64,000 nucleotides of DNA from Vulcanimicrobiota bacterium (GCA_963733295.1 CAVTCS010000003.1:768001-832000), one strand, 5' to 3'. Positions 1 to 10,507 are shown, numbered from the stretch's first letter. Made by a program: numbers and translations. Notes: generated by a model from the sequence alone, not told the origin.

Positions 1-543
1 GGCGCGAAGGTCGCGGACGTCGGCTGCGGCCTCGGCGCTTCGACGATCGTCATGGCCAAGGAATACCCGAAATCGACGTTCACCGGCTTTGATTACCATC
101 AGAGTTCGATCGAGCTTGCTCGCGAGCGCGCGACGGCCGCGGACGTCGCAGAGACGGTCGGCTTCGGCGTTGCGAGCGCACAAGATTTCGCCGGAGGTCC
201 GTACGACTTCATCGCCTGCTTCAATTGTCTCCACGACATGGGCGATCCGGTGGGCGGCGCCAAGCACATCCTCGCGCAAATCAAGCCCGGCGGCACGTGG
301 CTGCTCGTCGAGCCCTACGCGAACGACAACCTCGAAGAGAACCTCAACCCCATCGGCCGCATTTTTTATGCAGCCTCGACGCTGCTGTCCACGCCCGCCT
401 CCCTCTCGCAAAACGTCGGCCTCGCGCTCGGCGCACAGGCGGGTGAAGCGCGGCTGCGCGAGGTGGCGATCGAAGCCGGTTTCAGACGCTTCCGCCGCGC
501 GGCGCAGACGCCGTTCAACCTCGTCTTCGAAATCCGACCCTAA
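1..543 (+). CDS. Class I SAM-dependent methyltransferase (5'-truncated by window edge)
   Basis: Frame open from base 1: GAKVADVGCGLG (SAM motif I), GFD, YDFIACFNCLHDM, KPGG. Confidence 0.9.
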   Translation, partial: GAKVADVGCGLGASTIVMAKEYPKSTFTGFDYHQSSIELARERATAADVAETVGFGVASAQDFAGGPYDFIACFNCLHDMGDPVGGAKHILAQIKPGGTWLLVEPYANDNLEENLNPIGRIFYAASTLLSTPASLSQNVGLALGAQAGEARLREVAIEAGFRRFRRAAQTPFNLVFEIRP

Positions 544-572
544 ACCTCGCGCTCGATGATGTCAGAAGGAAA

Positions 573-1337
573 GTGGTCAACATGAAGCTCTCCCTGCGAC
601 TCTTCGGACACCCGCAAATTCATGTCGACGCGCGCCGGGTCGATGCGCCGCTGTGCGACCAGGCCTTGTTGCTCCTGGCGCTGTTGGCGACGCACAAGGG
701 CGAAAGCTTACGTCGCGAACAGGTTGCGTTTACGCTCTGGCCGGACCTCAGCGAAAGCGATGCGCGGGCCGCGCTGCGGCGTCAGCTCTATACGTTGCAG
801 CAGGTGTTGCCTGCTTCCGGCGAGCCGTGGATTTCTTCAACCAACAAGACGATCGGTTGGAGCCGCGCGACCGATACGTGGGTCGATGTCGTCGAATTCG
901 AGCGTCTTTGCGAATCGCCCGAGACGTTCGCTGCCGCAGCGGAGCTGTATACCGGCGAATTCGCGCCATATCTCGATCACGAATGGGCTGCGGGCGTTCG
1001 CGAACGGCTTCGCTACAAACTGCGTCGCGTGCGCGAGACGCTCGTGCGGGACTACTGCGCGGAGCGCGACTACCTCAGGGCGCTCTTCCAGGTCGAGCAG
1101 TTGCTGCAAGACGATTCGTGGCGCGAGGACGCCGTCCGGCAGATGATGACGATTCGCTTTCGACTGGGCGATCGTGCCGGCGCACTCGCTTACTACCGGC
1201 GCTTCTGCGACCGCCTGAAAAAGGAGTTCGAAGTCGACCCAATGCCCGACACCAGCCGCTGCTACGACACGATCGCCCGCGGTCAACTCGAAAGCGCGTC
1301 GCTGTGGGATACGTTCGCGATAGGGTCCTGCGCTTAG
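573..1337 (+). CDS. SARP/AfsR-family transcriptional regulator (winged helix + BTAD)
   Basis: LRLFG-P, LWPD..AR.ALR..LY.L, WVDVVEFE, LYTGEF, D.WRE.AVRQMM, GDRAGAL..Y, V.PMP.T; alternative ATG start at 582. Confidence 0.9.
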   Translation: MVNMKLSLRLFGHPQIHVDARRVDAPLCDQALLLLALLATHKGESLRREQVAFTLWPDLSESDARAALRRQLYTLQQVLPASGEPWISSTNKTIGWSRATDTWVDVVEFERLCESPETFAAAAELYTGEFAPYLDHEWAAGVRERLRYKLRRVRETLVRDYCAERDYLRALFQVEQLLQDDSWREDAVRQMMTIRFRLGDRAGALAYYRRFCDRLKKEFEVDPMPDTSRCYDTIARGQLESASLWDTFAIGSCA

Positions 1338-1428
1338 TCGTCCCGGATCCGACGATCGGTTCCCCAAAAGTAAGCGGCGCCCGCCTAGCCGGCGAGGGAT
1401 CGCACTCCACCGGCAGAACGAACCGCCT

Positions 1429-2103
1429 ATGGTTGCGGCGTGCGCGTACCGTCTGCCGTTCCTGATAGCCGCCGCGCTGATCGCCGCGGCTTTTGGTGAT
1501 TGGTTCGTCGAGTCGATCTCGAATACCGGAATCTTCGGCGCCGCCTATCATGACGACAATCACCTCAGCGTTGTGCCGACGATGCTGGCGGGCCTGATCG
1601 TCGCCCTCGAGATCGCCGCGTTTCGCTTTCTGCAGGTCTGGCGCAGCGCACCAGGCAGATCCCGCAGTTGGATCGCCGGCGCTGCGTCGGACTTGACGAC
1701 GCACAAGCGGGTTGAAGATTTCGCCTGCGTCTTCGCGCTGCAGATCGCCGCCGTCTTCGTCATGGAGAATGCCGAACAAGTCCTCGCCGGCGGCAGACTG
1801 CTGGGCGGCACGGTTTGGCTCGGCGCACCCATCGCCGCGAGCCTCGCGCTGCACGCGCTCATCGGGTGGAGTTGCGTGCTCCTGCTCCGCAGGCTGATGC
1901 GGGTTCTGATAGACGCCTTCGTCTCACTCGCGCACATCGCGCTCGGATTCATCTTCATCGCGCGCGAGTGCGAAAGCTCCGGTCCGTTCGTTCGGCGCCG
2001 CCGGGATCCCGGGCGGCGCTCTGCTGTTTCCGCTCCCGCTCGGCACATCGGCGGCCGCGCTCCGCCCCTCCGTCCCGCAACGGCCTCAAGCTTCAACAGC
2101 TGA
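1429..2103 (+). CDS. Multi-pass membrane protein with C-terminal GGRAPP motif (candidate arrest/sensor uORF)
   Basis: About 4 hydrophobic segments, YHDDNH loop, RAPP at 2056-2067, 36 nt upstream of the TonB receptor. Confidence 0.75.
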   Translation: MVAACAYRLPFLIAAALIAAAFGDWFVESISNTGIFGAAYHDDNHLSVVPTMLAGLIVALEIAAFRFLQVWRSAPGRSRSWIAGAASDLTTHKRVEDFACVFALQIAAVFVMENAEQVLAGGRLLGGTVWLGAPIAASLALHALIGWSCVLLLRRLMRVLIDAFVSLAHIALGFIFIARECESSGPFVRRRRDPGRRSAVSAPARHIGGRAPPLRPATASSFNS

Positions 2104-2139
2104 CGTTTCGAAGCGCGTTACGCGCTTCCGGAGGAGCCT

Positions 2140-4918
2140 TTGAAATCATCGCTGGGCGTGCTGGCGTTGTTCGCGTTTCTTTCCATTCCAGTGGTCGATC
2201 GAACTGCCGTCGCCCGCGCGGCCGAAGCGACGACCGGTGTCATCGTGGGGACCGTCGCCACGCGCGAGGGCGCGCCGATCGCGCATGCGACCGTCTCCGC
2301 AAGCTCGGCCTCCGGCCGATACGTGGCTCTCACCAACGCTCAAGGTCGCTTTGCAATGCTCGGCGTGGCACCCGGCAGCTACATCATCTCGGCTGAGGCA
2401 CCCGGCTACGAGCCGGTGACGACGCGCGACCTCCGCGTGCTCCCAGGTCAAGAACAGCACGTCTCGTTTACGCTTGCGCCGCAGCTGCGTAACATCGCGT
2501 CGGTTCGCGCCAGCGCCGGAGCATTCACGGTCGGTTCGACCAGCGACAAGTTCACCGTGAGCGGTGAAGCAGCTCTCGCGCAGTTTCCCACGACGTCGTC
2601 GGCCGGACTCGCGAGCTATTCGCAAGGCAGCGTGCAGGGCGCGATCGCAAACGTGCCGGGCGTCGACCTCGATTCGTTCGGAAACGCCGTTCTTCGCGCA
2701 GGCAGAGTCAGCGACGCTGCCTTCGAGTACAACTCGGTGGTGATCCCTCAGGGACTGATCGCGGAGCCCGGCGGAAACGTCGACGGCGCGCAGCTTCCCA
2801 CGACGGGAATCGCCTCGACGTCGGTCACGCTCGCGGGATACTCAAACGAGAGCGACAATGCGCTCGGCGGGGTCGTCAACCAAATCCCCGCCGTCGGCAC
2901 TTACCCCGGACGTGCAACGTTCGAGGCCGGCCTGGCCGCCGGCACGCAATACCAGTTCGCCAACTTGCAGATCCTCGGTGCAACCCCCGACTTGAAATGG
3001 CGTTACGCCTTGGCGAGCACCCTCGGCAGCGAATACTTCCAATATGGAAACGGCACGACGTTCTATCCCTCGGAAGCCGGTACGTACGGCCTAGCGCTGC
3101 AGTCGCGCGGACAGTACTCGGTGGAATCCAACGTGCATGACCTCGTGACGCCCAAAGACGACGTCTCGATCTTGGCGCTCGTCGGACAAGCGACATACAA
3201 TCAGTACGGTTCACCCTTTGCGGGCGAAACGGTCGGCCAATTCAACGGCCCCACAACGAGCTTTCCGGGATCGACGAACCCCAATGCGCCGGTCGACTAT
3301 TCGGCCGGCGTGCGCGGCAACTTCGACGTTCTCATGGCGCAATGGCAGCACACGAGCGGCCTCCTTCTCTCCCGGCTGCAGCTCTATCAGACACAGTACG
3401 GATCGTCGGCGGGCGGGCCGTTCTGGGACGAGAACGGTTTTCCGGACGGGTCGATCTCACTTTCGGAGGTCTCGGCGCAGCGGCAGAACGGAGTCAATCT
3501 CGACAACGAAGGTCTCTTTGGGCCGCACCACGTGCTTTTCGGCGCAGAATTTCGGGCCAATACCTCGTACCTCGATCAAGTCGTCCCAACGGCGGACGAA
3601 TTCATCACCTCGAATCCGACGATCGTTTCGTATCTAGTCTACCTTGGTGACAGGTGGGCCGCCTCCAACCGGCTCGAACTCATGGGAACGGCGCGGATCA
3701 CGAACTCGCACGTCATGCCGAGCGATGGCTTCGCTTACGATGCCGGCGCCATCGATCCTCACTTTGGCGCATCGTACCGGCTGGGAACGCAATATGCGCT
3801 GCGAGCAAACTACGATCGCATAACCGTCGCGCCGGCGCCTCTGGAAGCCGACCGGACGGACTCGACGAACCTCGATCAAAACGGTAATCCGGCGCCCTTC
3901 GTTCCGCTGGCTCCCGAAACGGCGAACGACTTCACCTACTCGTTCGAAGGTGGTGGACGGACGCAGTTCCGCTTGACCTACTATCAGAAGTTCGAGAAGG
4001 ACCTGATCGACGTTCTTCCGTTCAATTTCCGCTCGGAAGTTGCGGCGGGTCTCAATCCCACCGGCGTCGGCGTCCCCACGAACGTCGGACAATTGCATGC
4101 GAACGGGCTCGAGCTCTACCTCAAGAACGGCGGCTTCGCCTTCGACGGCAACCTTGATCCGCGCGTTCTCGTCGAGCGCGTCACAGTTTGCGTACAACGA
4201 CCTCAACGCTCCCGCAGTCGCCGCAAATCACCTCTTTCCGGTCAGCTACGAACCCGATTTCACCGCCGAGCTTTCCTACGAGTTCACGGCTGCGCGCAGA
4301 CGCATACGAATCACGCCCTCGCTGTCCTACGCGACCGGCTATCCCTACGGGAACGGCAAAATGGTCTACGTCTTCAATCCCGCGACGAACAAGCCGATCC
4401 AGGTTCCCAACGACAATTACGTCAACCCGGGGGCGAACTACTATTTCCTTGCGAACCCGTCGGAACCGTACAACGCGCAGACGAATCCCTACATCGGAAA
4501 TATGGGTACGAACGAGGGCAACGATCCGAACACGCTGCGTTCGACGCCGCAGATCTTCGCGAACCTTCACGTCGAGGGAACGATCGCGCCGCGCCTCACC
4601 GCCATACTGGACATCGCGAACATCTTGGGGAACTTCTCGCCGACGGCGTATCAGAACAATCCCTACCTCATCGGCCCGCCGGGCTATAAGGGAGGAAACG
4701 CGACCTACGCCAACTGCTACGGCCAGATTCTGGCAGGTAACGTGCCCTGCGCGCCCGGCTTACCGGCTGGGATAACGCCCTACAAGCTTGGCAACGGAGT
4801 GCCGACTAACGACGGCGTGACGCAAGCCGTGCCCTGGACCTACGGCACCGCCGGCTACGTTCCGCAGAGCTGGCCGATAGGTCGAACCTTCCAGCTGCGG
4901 TTGCGCTATTTGCTTTGA
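2140..4918 (+). pseudogene. TonB-dependent receptor (carboxypeptidase-regulatory-like N-terminal domain) split by a +1 frameshift near 4153-4156
   Basis: Signal peptide, G.I.GTV...G.PIAHATV, plug ALGGVVN, PETA; the C-terminus GRTFQLRLRY lies in a second frame; removing one base from AACCTTGATC gives continuous FDGN-LIRAFSSS; GGAGGA SD. Confidence 0.85.
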
Positions 4919-4921
4919 GCG

Positions 4922-5398
4922 CTAAGGGATCACGCAGTCCTCGTTCCGGATCGGATACCACGTCCCAAAAACGCGATCGTGAACCCGAGCGTCGCTGCCG
5001 TCCCTTTGGTCGAATTCGACGTAGCGAAAAGAGAAGCTAAAAATCGTCAGCGGAAGCAAGAGCGCGCATATCGTCCACATGCGAGGCGCGTTGTAGTAGT
5101 GTTGTGAGATCGTCTCTCGAAAGTCTTGCGTCCACTGTGAAATGCCACCGGGCTTTTTTTCCAGGAGGTCGTTGATCAACGACGGGACCGTACCGCACAA
5201 CACAAACAGCGGCGGCAACGCGAGGATCATCCAAGTAGCACGAAGCCATTCCACGTCGCAGGTTCCGGACGGACCCAGGACGATCGGATAGGCGAGAGCA
5301 GCGGCCCAGACGCACAGGAACGTGCCCTCGTACTTGTCGAGCCAGCGTTTCGAACGACTCCTGCCCACCACGCGATCGGGGAAGTGGCTCTCCTGCAC
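4922..5398 (-). CDS. Hypothetical membrane protein (about 3 TM)
   Basis: AGGAGG SD before GTG; hydrophobic segments; no family recognised. Confidence 0.65.
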   Translation of the reverse strand: MQESHFPDRVVGRSRSKRWLDKYEGTFLCVWAAALAYPIVLGPSGTCDVEWLRATWMILALPPLFVLCGTVPSLINDLLEKKPGGISQWTQDFRETISQHYYNAPRMWTICALLLPLTIFSFSFRYVEFDQRDGSDARVHDRVFGTWYPIRNEDCVIP

Positions 5399-5573
5399 GA
5401 GCGGCCCTCCTAGCCATTTTATCGGCAGCGGGACACCTGGCCGGAGTCGATTTTAAGGGATCGCACTCACACCGTCGCCCCGAGCGCGCATTCCGGCGAA
5501 CGAAAAGGTAGGCACGAAGGCGTGGGCAAACGCAGAACGCCAACTCGGAGGTCACTATCACAAAACAGCTGCG

Positions 5574-6335
5574 TTGCGCTTTCTAAAAGAGCGCGCTTCT
5601 GCTCGCACGCCATGGTGGCCGTACCCGGGAGCAGTCGCTTTTCTGGCTGCACTTGCCGCTGTGATGATGCCGCTCGCCGGACCTGCCGATCAGACCGAGG
5701 TCGGCATTTCGGTCGGCCCGTTGATCGGAGTGCACGAAGAACCAGGCGAACTCTCGCACATTCCGCCGGTTCCGATCCCAATTCTCCAAGCATCGCAGCG
5801 CTTCGGTGCGTTCAAGGTAACGCTCGAAGGCTTTCCGGTCGCTCCCCAAATCGTCGAGACTAACTCGACGCAAACCCTGACGACCAACCTCGCGTTTTTC
5901 GACGGGGTTGCGACCGTTGACGTTTTGAAGGGACGGATGGCGTTCGGCGCCGGCGAGTTGATCTACAATCAGGCGACGCTCTATCAGCCGCCGGGTTTCT
6001 ACGTCTCCTCGCGGGTCGTTGGCGGCCGCTACGAAGTCGGTGGCCTGCCGCTTCGGGATCGTCGCTTTCGGATCGCGCTCGACTTCATGCCGGTGCTCGT
6101 CGCCGACGTCGCGTATCGGACCAAAACGAACCCCACGCCGTACGCCACGACGCCCGAGCGCGGCTCACAATTCGAGGCCCGCGCGACGTACGACGTGCCG
6201 CGAGGCAAGAACGTCCTGCGCTTCGGTCTGCGTTATATCAACTACGTTTCAACTCTGATCGAGAAGGGCGTACTCGCCGACCGCAACACGGGAGTGATTC
6301 CATCGGTCGGTTACTACTGGCGGATCGGACGCTAA
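5574..6335 (+). CDS. Putative outer-membrane beta-barrel protein
   Basis: Signal-like N-terminus, alternating amphipathic strands, C-terminal SVGYYWRIG; start uncertain. Confidence 0.6.
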   Translation: MRFLKERASARTPWWPYPGAVAFLAALAAVMMPLAGPADQTEVGISVGPLIGVHEEPGELSHIPPVPIPILQASQRFGAFKVTLEGFPVAPQIVETNSTQTLTTNLAFFDGVATVDVLKGRMAFGAGELIYNQATLYQPPGFYVSSRVVGGRYEVGGLPLRDRRFRIALDFMPVLVADVAYRTKTNPTPYATTPERGSQFEARATYDVPRGKNVLRFGLRYINYVSTLIEKGVLADRNTGVIPSVGYYWRIGR

Positions 6336-6351
6336 AAACTCGGCTCGTTTT

Positions 6352-9300
6352 CTAGGAATCGTCGGTTTCTTCGACCGCTGGGACGCGCATCCGCACCGGA
6401 CGGCCGCCGTTCGGGAAGACTACCACGATGCTGCCGTCGGAAGCGCGCTCGATCGTCGGCGGGCCACCGACGTGAACGGCAGGCGGCCGCCGGCGCGTGA
6501 ACCGCTCGCGAAGCCGAACGATCACGACGTACAACACCGGAACGAACGTCAGGTTCAGGATCGTCGCGAAGATCATGCCGCCCAGCAACGTCGTCCCGAG
6601 CGAGCGGCGGCTCGTGCTTCCGGCGCCGTTTGCGAACACTAAGGGCAGAATCGCGAAGATGAACGCGAGCGAGGTCATAAGGATCGGCCGGAAGCGCGTT
6701 TCCGCGGCCTCGATCGCGGCGTGCACGAGATCGGTTCCGCGAGCTCGAAGCTGGTTGGCGAACTCGACGATCAAGATACCGTTCTTGCTCGCGAGGCCGA
6801 TGAGCATGACGAAACCGACCTGCGCGTAGACGTCGCTTACGTATCCGCGCAAGCGCAGCGCCAGCAGCGCACCGAAGACCGAAAGCGGTACGGACATAAG
6901 AATCGTCAAGGGATCGGTCAGGCTCTCGTATTTCGCGGCTAAGACGAGAAAGACGACCACGACGCCTAACACGAAGACGAGCGCTCCCTGCGAGCCGCCG
7001 GCGAGCGCTTCGAGGGAAAGTCCCGACCATTCGTACTTCATGCCCGGCGGCAGCGTGCGTAGCGCGATCGCCTGCATGGCCTCCAACGCTTGGCCGGAAC
7101 CGTAACCCGGTTTCGCAACCCCATTGAGCTCGACGGACCGGAAGAGATTGTAATGCGTGATGATCGGTGCGGTCCGCTCTCGCGAAATATCGATCAGGGT
7201 CGAGAGCGGAATGGTCGCGCCCGTCGACGAGCGGACGTAGATGCTGCTGAGATTGTCGAGTCGCGCCCGGTAGGGTGCATCGGCCTGCACGTAGACGCGA
7301 TACGCGCGGTTCTGGAAATCGAAGTCGTTCACGTACAGCGAGCCGAGCGAGATCTGCAATGCGTCGGCGATGTTCTGCAGCGGCACCCCGAGGGTCGCCG
7401 CCTTCTGGCGATTAATGTCGGCGACGAATTGAGGCGCGTCGTTGCGGAAACTCGTCGAAGCGTACGACAGGACGGGATCCTGGCCGGCGGCAGCAATCAG
7501 CTTGCCGCTCGTGGTCGCCAGGGCGCCGAAGCCCTGGTTCGCGCGGTCCTCGAGCTCGAACTGAAATCCTGCGACGTTCGGAAAGCCCTGGATGGCGGGT
7601 GGTCCGAACACGAACACCTGCGCTTCGGGAATCTGGGCCAGCTGCGGCCGCAGCCTTGCGAGAAGGCCGTTGAGCTTCTGCTCCGGCCTTTGGCGCTCGC
7701 CCCAGGGCCGCAGGCCGGCGAAGGCCAGCGCGCGGTTCGCGCCGTTTCCGCCGAAGTCGCGTCCGCTGACTTGGAAAACGTCGGACACTTCGGGCATCGC
7801 CAGCATCAGCTTTGCGACCTTGTCGATAGCGCGGCTGGTTTGTACCAGGGAAGCATCTTCGGGCAGCTGCAGGGTAGCGAAGAAGTAGCCGTTGTCCTCG
7901 TCGGGTAGAAAGCTTGTCGGCGCCGTCTTCTGGAGCAGCACCGTACCGCCGAGTCCGAGGACGAACACCGCGACGACGACGTGCCGTCCGCGCACGAGAA
8001 CCGGCAAGAGGCGCGCGTACGCCGCTCGAACGGCGTCGATCGCCGCGTTGATCGGCCGGAAGAACGGATGGTGCTTTTCCTCGGGGGAAAGAAAGAGCCG
8101 CGACAGCACGGGCGTCAGAGTCAGCGCAATAAAAAGCGAAATGAGCACCGAGCCCGCGATCGTCAAGGCAAACTGCCGGTAGAGCAGGCCGGTCGTTCCG
8201 GGGAAGAACGCCACCGGAACGAAAACCGCGAACAGCACCAAGGAGCTCGCGACGACGGCTGCAGTGATTTCGTCCATCGCGGCGATCGCGCCGGGAAGCG
8301 GCGCCATCTTCTTTGTTTGGATGAAGCGCGCGATGTTCTCGATCACGACGATCGCGTCGTCGACGACGAGTCCGGTCGCCAACGTCAGTCCGAACATCGT
8401 CAACGTGTTGATCGAAAACCCAAGTGCCTTCATTATCGCGAAGGTACCGATCAGCGAGATCGGGATGGTCATGACCGGTACCAGCGTCGTACGTGGATCC
8501 TGAAGGAAGATGAAGACCACCAGCACGACGAGCACGATCGACAAGGACAGCGTTATGAGAACTTCCTTGAGCGACTCCGTGACGAACAACGTTGCGTCGA
8601 AAGCGACCTTGGCATCGACTCCCGGCGGGAAGTCGCGCCGATAGACGTCCATCGCCGCTCGCACGGCCTTGGCGACGTCGAGCGCGTTCGCCGTCGGCAG
8701 CGCTTGGATGCCGATTCCGACGGCCGTCCTGCCGTCGAAGCGCACGCTCTGCAGGTAGCTTTCCGCGCCGAGCTCGACGCGGCCCACGTCGCGGAAGCGC
8801 ACGTAGCCTCCGTCCGGCAACGCCCGTAAGAGGAGATTGCCGAACTGCTCGGGCGTCGTCAGACGACCGACGGCCCGGATGTTGATGTGAAACGGCTGGT
8901 CGTTTGCCGACGGGGCGTCGCCCAGGGCCCCGGCTGCGATCTGCACGTTCTGCTGGGCCAGGGCGTTGACGACATCGTCGTTGGAGAGACTGTAGTCGGC
9001 GAGCCGCTTCGGATCGACCCAGAGACGCATCGCATACTTGCGCTCGCCAAAGACGATCACGTTGCTGACGCCCGGAATGCGCTTGAGCGAGTCGACGATG
9101 TTGAGGTCGACGTAGTTGCTCAGGAACAGGGTGTTGTATTTCGGGTTGGTCGACGAGAAACCGTACGCCATCACGAACGTGCCCGCGTTCTTGGTGACGG
9201 TGACGCCCGCCAAAGTAACCGCGCTGGGCAACCGCGCGCTCGCCGTGCCGACCGCGTTCTGAACGTCGGAAGCTGCGATGTCGAGATTCTTGCCCAGATC

Positions 9301-9582
9301 GAAGGTGCAGAGGATCGTGCTCGTTCCGTCGCTCGAACTCGTCGACGAAATGTAGCGTAGGCCGTCGACGCCGTTGATCGCTTCCTCGAGCGGCGTCGTC
9401 ACCGACGATTCCACGGCGGCCGCGGTCGCGCCGGTGTACGTCGAGGTAACCGTGACGACGGGCGGCGTGATCTTAGGAAATTGCGCGATCGGCAACGTCG
9501 GGATCACGACGACGCCCATGAGCAAGATCGAGAATGAGCAGACGAGCGCGAAGATCGGTCGTTCGAGGAAAAAGCGAATCAA
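6352..9582 (-). CDS. RND efflux permease, HAE1/AcrB family
   Basis: FFLERPIFA, YAMRLWVDP, GLVVDDAIVVIEN, GLASKNGILIVEFA, RFRPILMTS; TTG start at 9582 with GAGG SD. Confidence 0.95.
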   Translation of the reverse strand: MIRFFLERPIFALVCSFSILLMGVVVIPTLPIAQFPKITPPVVTVTSTYTGATAAAVESSVTTPLEEAINGVDGLRYISSTSSSDGTSTILCTFDLGKNLDIAASDVQNAVGTASARLPSAVTLAGVTVTKNAGTFVMAYGFSSTNPKYNTLFLSNYVDLNIVDSLKRIPGVSNVIVFGERKYAMRLWVDPKRLADYSLSNDDVVNALAQQNVQIAAGALGDAPSANDQPFHINIRAVGRLTTPEQFGNLLLRALPDGGYVRFRDVGRVELGAESYLQSVRFDGRTAVGIGIQALPTANALDVAKAVRAAMDVYRRDFPPGVDAKVAFDATLFVTESLKEVLITLSLSIVLVVLVVFIFLQDPRTTLVPVMTIPISLIGTFAIMKALGFSINTLTMFGLTLATGLVVDDAIVVIENIARFIQTKKMAPLPGAIAAMDEITAAVVASSLVLFAVFVPVAFFPGTTGLLYRQFALTIAGSVLISLFIALTLTPVLSRLFLSPEEKHHPFFRPINAAIDAVRAAYARLLPVLVRGRHVVVAVFVLGLGGTVLLQKTAPTSFLPDEDNGYFFATLQLPEDASLVQTSRAIDKVAKLMLAMPEVSDVFQVSGRDFGGNGANRALAFAGLRPWGERQRPEQKLNGLLARLRPQLAQIPEAQVFVFGPPAIQGFPNVAGFQFELEDRANQGFGALATTSGKLIAAAGQDPVLSYASTSFRNDAPQFVADINRQKAATLGVPLQNIADALQISLGSLYVNDFDFQNRAYRVYVQADAPYRARLDNLSSIYVRSSTGATIPLSTLIDISRERTAPIITHYNLFRSVELNGVAKPGYGSGQALEAMQAIALRTLPPGMKYEWSGLSLEALAGGSQGALVFVLGVVVVFLVLAAKYESLTDPLTILMSVPLSVFGALLALRLRGYVSDVYAQVGFVMLIGLASKNGILIVEFANQLRARGTDLVHAAIEAAETRFRPILMTSLAFIFAILPLVFANGAGSTSRRSLGTTLLGGMIFATILNLTFVPVLYVVIVRLRERFTRRRPPAVHVGGPPTIERASDGSIVVVFPNGGRPVRMRVPAVEETDDS

Positions 9583-9757
9583 CGAGGTCCTCTTCTTCGC
9601 ACGTTCTCGCACTCTTCTGGGGACGGCGCGCGTCCGGACCCTCCTCGAGAAAAAGCACCGGCCGAGACCCGGCTGTGATGCCCGCGCGCCCGCAAAATCG
9701 TGCCCGATGTGTCAAGCGGCGGGGGCGTCGAACCGATATGTCGGTCAGGAGGGTTTG

Positions 9758-10159
9758 GTGACCGATCACCTCGACGCTAGGCAGTTCATCTCGGTCCTGC
9801 TCGAACGCGCAGACCAGCAGCTTTCGCGCGACGTCGGTCGCCCCTTCGTCGTCGATCAAAACACGGCGAAGCCGTCCATGCGCTGGGATCCGCCAAGGGA
9901 ACACAACCGGCGTGAAACGGAAATTCTGGCACTCCAGAGAGCCGGGCTCGCGGCTCGCGGCGTCACCCTCTGCGCGGCGTCCGATGGCCGGTGCGTCGAA
10001 ATCGCGTTCTGGCGCAATGCGCCGAAGTTCGAACGGATCGAAGAAATCTGCGATCCGGCCGCCCAGGACTCCGACCAGCAACTCGCGCGCGCGGTCCAAG
10101 CCGTGTACGACCACCTCGCGACCGGCGAGCACAAGCCGATCGTGGGAGCTGAGGCATGA
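9758..10159 (+). CDS. Hypothetical protein (133 aa)
   Basis: AGGAGG SD before GTG 9758; stop overlaps next ATG (ATGA). Confidence 0.6.
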   Translation: MTDHLDARQFISVLLERADQQLSRDVGRPFVVDQNTAKPSMRWDPPREHNRRETEILALQRAGLAARGVTLCAASDGRCVEIAFWRNAPKFERIEEICDPAAQDSDQQLARAVQAVYDHLATGEHKPIVGAEA

Positions 10160-10473
10160 CGCGGCGATTACTCCTCTTGACCCTCGCTGTGGCCGGGTTG
10201 GCTGCGTTCGCATTCATCGTGTGGGCTATTCCCGCGTCGACTTGGAACGGTACCCCGCCGCCGCAGGCGCAGGCGCAGGCGCAGCCGCAGGCGTGGTTCG
10301 TCGTTGAGACGGTGTCCCATCCGAATGACGGCGACAGGCTCAACTACGTGCGTTTCGGTCCATTCAATTCGCAGCGCGCCTGCAGCCAGCGCAACGGAGC
10401 GATCGCGCGGACGAACTCCGTCGACTGCTGGCAGCTTCCAAGCAGCACTCATATCGGAGATACGATCAAATAG
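10156..10473 (+). CDS. Small membrane-anchored/secreted protein with (QA)n linker and Cys pair
   Basis: N-terminal TM/signal, PPPQAQAQAQPQ, GPFNSQRAC...C. Confidence 0.65.
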   Translation: MTRRLLLLTLAVAGLAAFAFIVWAIPASTWNGTPPPQAQAQAQPQAWFVVETVSHPNDGDRLNYVRFGPFNSQRACSQRNGAIARTNSVDCWQLPSSTHIGDTIK

Positions 10474-10507
10474 CCGTAGCCTCGCTCGAGCTAGTCGCGG
10501 TGCGCGG

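Noticed and set aside
5460..5570. c-di-GMP-I riboswitch (GGGCAAAC)
   Set aside because: No P2 GNRA hairpin or GACGCAAAGC segment
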